A stretch of 58,780 nucleotides of DNA, counting the filler, from Sphacelaria rigidula (Eukaryota), in the NCBI GenBank assembly GCA_964200075.2. It is 10 parts of 10 records of this genome, joined end to end, with 100 filler letters (N's around TTAATTAATTAA, not from the genome) between each part and the next. Parts side by side here need not be neighbours in the genome. Positions count along the whole stretch, not along the records: positions 47,106 to 52,893 come from CAXNAA020024466.1; positions 52,994 to 58,780 come from CAXNAA020024467.1; 8 more parts are not named here. One strand, given 5' to 3'. The notes beneath the pieces were generated by a model. The model searched no databases, was not told the DNA's origin, and saw only the letters and a program-made list of their open reading frames with translations. Shown here in pieces: positions 51,044 to 58,780 of the stretch; position 1 is the stretch's first letter; each line of letters opens with the position of its first letter. Made by a program: the position numbers and the translations under genes.

Positions 51044-52366
51044 ATGGAGACCCCCCCCAAACGTAAGCGGGGCGCAGATGTGTCGTTGGGCGGCCGGTAT
51101 GCAATGGCGGTGGAGATAGCGATACCCATTTCCCCAGGGAATTCGAGGGTGCCCAAGGGCGTTCTAGGCCCCATGGCGGAGCGTTACGGCGTTGGTGCTG
51201 ACTACCCCAGAAAACATTGGGAGAAGTGCAAAGCTCAGATCGACGACACCGGGGAGCTCAACCTCTCAAACAAACCTCGTAGTGGGCGGCCATCACTTCT
51301 TACCCCAACAAAGGCCGCTGCGCTGCGGAAGAGCAACAAGACAAATCGGTTATTTACCCTCCGGCAAGTGTCCGATCAGCTGAAAGAAATCGGCATGGAC
51401 GACGGCTCATCGACCGTGCAGAGGTGGTTTGACGCCGAGGGGGCGCAGAAGGTGGCTCGTCGCATGAAGCCGTCCCTTTCTGATGTCCAGAAGAGGCGGC
51501 GGATCGACTTCATCTGCGACCAGGTGGACGAGACGGCCGGGATTTTCTACGACATGGGAAACGCGATCCACCTGGACGAGAGCTGGTTTTTCCTTCTGCG
51601 GAATAAGGAGAAGGTTCCAATCTTCCCGGGTGAGAGAATCCCCGGGTCCCCCCGCGTACAACACAAGAGCCACCTGTCCAAGATTATGGTGATCGTTGCA
51701 AACGTTCGGCCTGACCCGAGCCACAACTTCGACGGAAAGATCGGCATCTGGCGCATTTTTGTCCTGAAAACCGCCGAGCGGTCGTCCAAGAGGGGGGAGG
51801 AGTACGAGTTCGAATGCACCATCGACGCGGAGTGGTACAAGACGTGGTACATCGACGAACTTCTGCCTGCGATCAAGCTCAAGATGCCGTGGCTACGCTC
51901 GAAGCGCGTAATCGTCCAGCGAGACGGCGCAAGCCCCCACACGGGAAAAAACAATCCCGAGATTCTTAACTCGGCGGGGATGGGGCGGGGTTGGATGGTA
52001 GAGCTAGTCACGCAGCCTGCACAGTCGCCTGACTTGAACGTCAATGACTTGGGCTTCTTCGCATCTCTTAAGTCAAGGGTATGGGGGATGAATGCAAGTT
52101 CGATAGACGAGTTGGTGGAGACTATCTTCAAGCAGTACGACGAGTACGACGGTGACACGTTGGAGCGGGTTTGGCAGAGCCTCTTTAAGGTTTACAACCA
52201 AACACTACGTGAGATGGGCGACAACGACTCTAGTGTGGAACATTCCGGGGTGAGGGTGCGGCAGAGGGCAGGGACGTTAGAAAGGGTGGTAAAATACGAT
52301 AAGGATGCCTTCACGAAGGCCTGGGACTACCTAGCGGCAAGCCCTAGCGACGACGAGGGCGGGTAA
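51044..52366 (+). CDS. Tc1/mariner transposase, plant-mariner (DD39D-like) family with DD40D spacing
   Basis: Uninterrupted 440 aa with an N-terminal HTH-like region and SGRP linker. Catalytic motifs IHLDESWF, IVQRDGASPH and QPAQSPDLNVNDLGFF; also FDGKIGIW. Confidence 0.95.
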   Translation: METPPKRKRGADVSLGGRYAMAVEIAIPISPGNSRVPKGVLGPMAERYGVGADYPRKHWEKCKAQIDDTGELNLSNKPRSGRPSLLTPTKAAALRKSNKTNRLFTLRQVSDQLKEIGMDDGSSTVQRWFDAEGAQKVARRMKPSLSDVQKRRRIDFICDQVDETAGIFYDMGNAIHLDESWFFLLRNKEKVPIFPGERIPGSPRVQHKSHLSKIMVIVANVRPDPSHNFDGKIGIWRIFVLKTAERSSKRGEEYEFECTIDAEWYKTWYIDELLPAIKLKMPWLRSKRVIVQRDGASPHTGKNNPEILNSAGMGRGWMVELVTQPAQSPDLNVNDLGFFASLKSRVWGMNASSIDELVETIFKQYDEYDGDTLERVWQSLFKVYNQTLREMGDNDSSVEHSGVRVRQRAGTLERVVKYDKDAFTKAWDYLAASPSDDEGG

Positions 52367-52582
52367 CATTTTTTTTTTAACACTTTTTTGCCCCTGCAAA
52401 AGGGCCTAAATATGGCCTTTTCTGGGTCGACTACTTTTTTTTCGGACGGTCGCGTGAGCCGGGGAGTGCGTAGAAAAACAAAACAAAAACGGGGTTCAAC
52501 CCAAAAAACATCAAAGATTTCAAAAAATTATCGCCTGCAACATCGGACACGGCTAAGGGTCCGTGTGATCATACCGGACTTT

Positions 52583-52603
52583 ACTTGTGGGACAGAGGAA
52601 GTA
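52583..52603. mobile_element. Right TIR of the mariner element + TA target
   Basis: ACTTGTGGGACAGAGGAAG-TA, whose reverse complement CTTCCTCTGTCCCA is Stowaway-like. The left TIR was not found. Confidence 0.8.
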
Positions 52604-52607
52604 GAGC

Positions 52608-52820
52608 TCTAGCCTCTGTTCCTTTCTCGTCCCGCCATTTTACTGCTCTGTTGCACACGATTGATTAGTTTCTTCCCTATGACTTTACTCGCCGTTTTCT
52701 TGACCAAGTACTCCCATCCTTCCATAATCTTTGCTCCTGCCCGATCCCCTTCCATTTCGGTATCATCCGTACCTACTTTTTCCAAGAGCTCGGTAAATTT
52801 CACTTCATTTCTGGTCACTT
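52608..52820 (-). mobile_element. LINE ORF2 internal fragment
   Basis: VKFTELLEKVGT..AGAKIMEGWEYLVKKTASKVIGKK is homologous to 17985-18190. Confidence 0.85.
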
Positions 52821-53162
52821 ACGCCGGATGTTATGGCACACAGATTTTTGGCCCACGGATTGTTCACTTTTGGGATGTTTGACCCATCTTTTGNNNNNNN
52901 NNNNNNNNNNNNNNNNNNNNNNNNNNNNNNNNNNNNNTTAATTAATTAANNNNNNNNNNNNNNNNNNNNNNNNNNNNNNNNNNNNNNNNNNNNAAAAAAA
53001 AAAAACTTGCTCGAGGTATCGCGATCCTTAGTCCGCGTCTTTGGCCGACGTGCAGGTACTGGATCGGATTTGATCACTCGCGACTTATATCTGATGTGAC
53101 AGATGTAGCTTACACCAATGACGCCGACCTCGCGTGTGCTCATGTGTCACCTTTGCCGGCAG

Positions 53163-53318
53163 TATGATATCCGCGGCGGGGTGTACGTGGGGCCGACACT
53201 GCTCCCATCCGCGCTGCCCACGGACACTACGCCTGGAGGATTGCTGGTTCGGGGTCCAGGGGACACGACCGAAAAGATCATGACGGGTGCTTCACAGACT
53301 TTCAGCTACAAGCTGGAG
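53163..53318 (+). CDS. Probable internal exon (52 codons, phase 0-0) of an unknown gene
   Basis: Acceptor CGGCAG| and donor GAG|GTGAGA; YDIRGGVYVGPTLLPSALPTDTTPGGLLVRGPGDTTEKIMTGASQTFSYKLE. Confidence 0.45.
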
Positions 53319-53849
53319 GTGAGAACAGCGCTGCATGGGGGGCGATAAAGACACTGTGCCCCCGTAGTCCTCTTTTCCCTCGCCTTTTACCGTCGTTTGC
53401 GTCCTGATATGTACGCGACTGTCTCACGATTTGAATGGATGTCGGGGGTGCATGAGAAAGAAAAAAAACGCACACCTATGAACCCCCCCCTCCTACCCGA
53501 ACGGGACAGAACGGGACGTGCTAGAGGGGGAAATCCGGGACGTGAACAAAGGTGGTATGCAATCGTTTGATGCATTAGACAGTAGGAAGAAGACGATATC
53601 TATACAAGTCATCCTACGATAGGGGGGGGGGGGTATTTTGGGCCATTTGTTGCTCGAAATTTCGAGGCAGATCGGCGTTGAAAGCAGCAACGGTTGTTCG
53701 AACAAGCTTGTTGTGGATCAATAACGCTCATCCCTACTGCCTGACACCGTTTGGAACCAAATACAAGCGCAACGTAAGTGTGGAAGGATGTCTGATGTGC
53801 CTCTTTTTTCGTGCAACCAAATACCCCCCCCCTCTTTGGTGGGATGACT

Positions 53850-54092
53850 CATACTAGGAGATAAATGGTGGCCAGAGACGGCGAAACAGAACGGGGATAA
53901 GATATGTAAGAGGTTTTGTGTAATGTATGGAAAAAATGTAGTGAGATGCTGAAGAAACGTAATGAGCGCAAAAATGTTGGAGGTGTCTCTATTAGAAGTA
54001 GGAACGGTGCCCCGTATCGAAAAAGGTGTGTGGTCAATGGTCAAACGACTGAGGCAAGCAACGAACGAGTACGCCCCCCCCCTTACCCCCCT
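53850..54092 (+). mobile_element. LINE 3' fragment with C-rich tail
   Basis: ..NVGGVSIRSRNGAPYRKRCVVNGQTTEASN.., then GAGTACG-C9-TTACCCCCC. Confidence 0.88.
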
Positions 54093-56981
54093 GAGAGGCC
54101 CAAATAAAAAAATGGGACATAGGTGCACTTTTTTCGTTTTTTCGTGCACCGTTGGAGATGTACTTTGTTTTTACTGCGTGGTATCGAGTTCTTTTCCCTC
54201 CCGCTTTACCGCACTTCGTGAAGAAACAGTTTTTTTCGGGTCAATTTATGAGCGTGTCCACATCGCGATGCCCGAGGGACATGTGGTTTCGGGAACAACT
54301 ACACATCGTGGTTTCGAGACCCCTGTCTGAGCGCTGATTCCAACCACCGCCCCTCCTCCGTATCCCGAACTGACTTTCTCACGTTCGTTGCCACCGACAA
54401 TCTCTACCTTGTCCACCGTTGATTTCGGTCGCAGCGTTCGACGTTCAATCAGATGAACGAGCTGTTCCTCATCACGAAGCCCGGCCAGCAGAAGATCGTA
54501 TACCCTGAAATTCCCTTGTGGGGAAATTACAGGGTATAAAACATGCCTAGAGAGGCTGTAGATTCGATGCCTCAAGAAATCCTGCATCAGCAATGTATTC
54601 GCTTGGTCTTGGTCGCATCCAACAGACAACTCAGGCGCCTCGTAGAACCCGGCAGGGAAGTCTGCCATCCGGAAGCGGCTCTGTATTTGGAGGTCTCAGA
54701 CACCTGCCCATTCTACCATTTGGAATGGGATACGGGCGGGGAGGGGGTTGTGATGGGGATCACGTCGAAAATACCGCACAACGGCCCCAGAGACTCGTAC
54801 ATTACCGCTGCGATAGGCGGCGCAGATGGTACGCAGCATGCTGTAATAGCCAGTGTGCAAGAGAGTCGAGAGAGGAAAGGGAGGCTCACCGCGAAGCAGC
54901 CTATCGCGGTCACTCCCGGGGATCTGGTCGTAGGTAGGCCGGGATTCGAGCAAAGGTGGCTGAGGGCCAGACGCGACACGGGTCGAGAGAGGTTGGAGGA
55001 TGAGGTAGCCCCCGATGATGACCATGACGATTGTGATAGTGGAAGTGATGGCGATGGTGATGATGGTGGTGATTGCAATAGCAACTAGTGATGACGCTGG
55101 GGTCTCGAGTTGCAGTGGCGCAGTTGGAGAGTGAAAGCAATAGGTTCACATACAGGTCTGGAGGCGGGCGCGAACGTACAGTTTAGGGCGGGGTCGAGAT
55201 GCTGTCATGTAGCGTGATGGGGTGTTGCGATGGTGTGTATGGCGGGACCGTACGAAGCGATCTTGGGGTTGATGCCAACGATTTCTCTTTCGACTGAGAC
55301 ATTGCCGCATCATATATGCTCGAACCGGATTGGAAAGCTCGACGGGTATTTGCAGTATGATTGAGTCGTGCAAAAAATCATTCACGTTGTGCATCGGCCG
55401 TCAATTCTTCAGGACAGGGGACGCCCAATCATGCGCTCGGCAAATCACTACGTTGGCAGTGACATTACCCCACCACGTCACTGACGAGCAACTTGACGCT
55501 CGAGATTGTTGTCTGCACACGAGCCTCGAGACAAACAACAGTGAAAACATCGCCGACAATCAAACACACGTTGTTATGCTCCGTCGCCCGCAGCTAACCA
55601 GGGATGGGCGGCATGTGAAATCACGGACGCACTTCCTACTCCTCCCAAAAAATGCACATCAGCAATGCCGTGCGGTACTCCTGAGGGCTTTTTGCCATCC
55701 AACGACTAGGGTCTTCAAACCTCCTTTCATTGATCAAGCTCATTTTATAGAATCCCCTGTTACTGGAGGATCACTGCTGTTGAGGGACTCCCCAGTCTCA
55801 CCGACCTCAGTTTCAGTTGTCAGCCTTTACAACATGTCAATATTTTCGGAGTGCTCTTGTAGGTACAGCCTCCTAGACCTGCAGGGTATCATCCCCGTGT
55901 CCCCGGTCATTGTACGGAATCCTTCCCGAGTCCTCCAGGATCCCTGTGCTCTCGGTCATTTTTCCAGATCATCACCACCAACTCAACGTAACGGCATAAT
56001 TTCGTCACAGGCCATACAACGCCTGATGTTTGGGTTCAGGCTGCATTAAGCCCTCGACGACGAGCGTCGCCTCGGAACAGTTGTACAGGCTGACAGTCCC
56101 GAGACGTCCGAGGGTTTCCAGAGCTTGGGGGGGAGGGGGGGGCTGAGGGGCGGCGTGGGGGGGAGGATCTCTCCGCGGAGCATCGGAGAAGCTCACCGAG
56201 TCAACCATGCGTATTTGGAAGTTTCCCGCAGAAAGGTATGAGCCGTACACGAAGCCCGCGAGAGGCGCGGGATGATCATTCTGACCAATCACGGTTGTCA
56301 AAATGAGCACTTTCGTTCCGGTAGAGGTGCTGGTAGACACCTTCGCCGTCTACCCTCAAATCTCATTTTGATCATGCCAAATCAACCATAGATTATATAC
56401 CCAAAGAGCAGGTGTTCGACCACCTTTGGTACACTGCCTGTCTGTTCAGTACTGCCTGAGCGTCCTACTAGCTTTACACCTCCATCTGGTATAAAACGTC
56501 ATGGCGCAACACGCAAGCGGCGGTCACTAGTATCCTACCCACGTAGATGTAGACAGGTTCTTCGACGGTGAGGCGACCGCCATCGCCGAGCAATTGCTCT
56601 ACGGTTTTCAGGGTCAGTCGCGGCGGTAGTCATGGTGCGATATCCAACCGCACGCTGTGTACACGCGGCACGTTTAACACGTTAAGGTCCAGTACGCTGC
56701 AGACCGCACGTACGTGCAGTCGCTGCAAGATACACTACAGACTGCACAGCATAAATATGAGACGTAATAATCAGGTGGTCAACAACCACACCACCGTCTG
56801 TGTTATGACTCTAACAACCATGTGCCTCTTATGCACTCCCGGTCCCTTCCACCGTAGAGGAGGCAGCTTGAGTTGTGACGGAGGAATGATTCCGAACCCA
56901 AAACGTGGAGTGTCTACCTCAGTTTACCAGCGGAGGGGTCGCTGTCTAAGGGTTAAGCGCCTCATATTGACGACATTGGCG

Positions 56982-57186
56982 TGTAATGCGTGAGAGGACC
57001 GCGTGCTTGAAGGATCGCGCCGTAGTTCAAAACACCTCAGGATCGACGTTTCTTAAAACCATTCGTGCCAGTCCCTGCAGGTACCACGCCCCTGATCATA
57101 ACCCTAACACTAATCCTAACCCTAACGATAGGGATATTCAAATTTTAATGCGGTCCTATAAGCACGCGGTGCTCTCACGTATTACA
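56982..57186. mobile_element. ~210-bp TIR element carrying (CCCTAA)n-like repeats; second copy at 57791-58018
   Basis: TIRs TGTAATGCGTGAGAGGACCGCGTGCTT / AAGCACGCGGTGCTCTCACGTATTACA; internal TAACCCTAACACTAATCCTAACCCTAAC. Confidence 0.8.
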
Positions 57187-58780
57187 GCCCAAGCGTGGAA
57201 ATTTCCAGCTGCTCGTTTTGCTCCCCTTTTCCATTTCGATTTACGTGAATATTTTGCTTCCCAAAATCTTGCACGTTTTTTGGGGGGTCGGGGAGGCTAT
57301 CGTAGAAAGTGTCAACCTTAGACACGTGGACTATAGATTACGAAGAAATAGGTACTCGGTGAAAAAGATACGTGGATCGTGATTTTCTTGAACCATCATG
57401 AGTTTTAGCGCTTGTCTCGCTGCGATGACTTCATTTCAACGCAGTGAATATATATTCGTAGACAGCCTCGTCTAGATTTTCAACAGGGTAGCCACACAGA
57501 CCAGCACCGTTGACCACGTCGATTTTGAATCCCCAACACCGATGTGCCTTGATCCTTCTATCATCCGGGAAGCCCCTTCACTTAATGAATAAGCATTGTT
57601 TCCAGCAGAAAAATGAAGGTGAGACCCAGACGACCTTACCCCGGCGTTTGAAGGGTGAGTCGTTACTTCAAGACCATTTGGTGCGTACGCTGTTCTCATG
57701 TGTATGCCTCTTGATTTTCTACTATACCAGACTACACCTTGGGTAGTAGACTGACCATGAGCGACTGTTGTGTACAAGAAGCTCAGGACGCGTTGTAATG
57801 CGTGAGCAGACCGCGTGCTTTTCGGACCGCATCGTACTTCAGCACACCCCGGGACGGACGATCTTTAAGACCGCTCGGGCCACTCCCCCCAAGGACCGTA
57901 CCGCACCCCTGATCCTAATCCCCGCACTAATCCCAACCCTAACCCTAACCTTAGCCATAGGGGTGTTGGACCTCCGATGCAGTCCGAAATGCACACGGTC
58001 CGCTCACGCATTACAGCGTGACCCCTGCCGGATAGGACCAACATGATAGCATGCATACGGCATGTGCTGAGATCATCTGGGTGTATTTAGTATGAATACG
58101 AGGTTTGTGTTGGCAGATGACGAACTATAAGGGATGTCCTCTGGCGTATGCCGAAGTTGAAATAAGATATAAAGGATCGCGTGTCCAAGGCGCAAACGCC
58201 GCAGAGTTGGTTCAAGCGGGCGAGGCTGGTCTGGTGCAAGAGCACCAAAGAAGCAGACAGTATCACTCGAGACCAGTTGACCAGTCAGCGACACGCCAGC
58301 AGTCTCATAGTACAGGAGTCCTTGGCACTTGATCAATTTTGACAATGGACAACATATCAACATCGGGAGCAGCAGCAGCGGCGGCAGGAGCAGCTTCGCA
58401 AAGCCAAGGCCAACACCCCTACAGCACATCACGAGCTCGAGCAACGGCCGGAGCTAAAGAGGGTAGGGCCGCAGGACGGGAACCAAGCCGAGCCTCGGCT
58501 CCACAAGCCGGAGGCACGCACAGCAACCCGATCTCCGTCAACCAGCATGCCCGCCCGCAAGGTAGTGCAGGCCAGTTGAACACCGACCCACCTGCACCCC
58601 CCCCCCACCGCCACTCGGACCCCCACCTGGCCCAAGTCAGTCATCAGAGATTCTTGCTCAAATCCTGCAGGCACAGGCGAAAACGAACATCAACGTGGAA
58701 CAGCAGAGCAATGCTACGGTAGGGGTGCACTTTATTCGCGAAATTTTGTCTGGTTCAGAGGCTCCTAACGATTCTAGACG

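Noticed and set aside
54246..56000. Gag-like or other retroelement coding region
   Set aside because: It looks like decayed coding DNA, but I could identify no diagnostic motif (zinc knuckle, protease, RT) or LTR.
58105..58722. Protein-coding ORFs at the window end
   Set aside because: Low-complexity sequence with a stop between the two ORFs and no recognisable domain.

Overview
This window is not one locus. It is ten unrelated eukaryotic contigs of 5,787-5,789 bp, sorted by size and joined by artificial 100-bp linkers (44 N + TTAATTAATTAA + 44 N). The DNA is repeat-dominated and intron-rich. It is most likely from a brown alga or related stramenopile, which I infer from the H4 sequence, splice-site style and SINE resemblance. 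Recognisable genes are an intact histone H4 with a 3' stem-loop, an intact 440-aa Tc1/mariner transposase of the plant-mariner (DD39D-like) type with DD40D spacing, the 1.7-kb first exon of a polyQ protein, a decayed two-exon kinase pseudogene and a few orphan exons. The rest is mobile DNA: many decayed copies of an APE-RT LINE, an RTE-like fragment, three tRNA-derived SINE-like families, Stowaway-like MITEs and several foldback/MITE families. Three observations stand out. (1) The LINE copies end in, and are often flanked on both sides by, poly(C)/poly(G) tracts instead of poly(A), and they stack in tandem. (2) Several MITE families share 5'-RACA...TGTY-3' termini with variable 4-bp target-site duplications (7 clean examples). 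(3) The H4 gene has a metazoan-style stem-loop followed by ACCCA and a purine-rich element, but with a 5-nt loop. No prokaryotic operon or CRISPR array is present.
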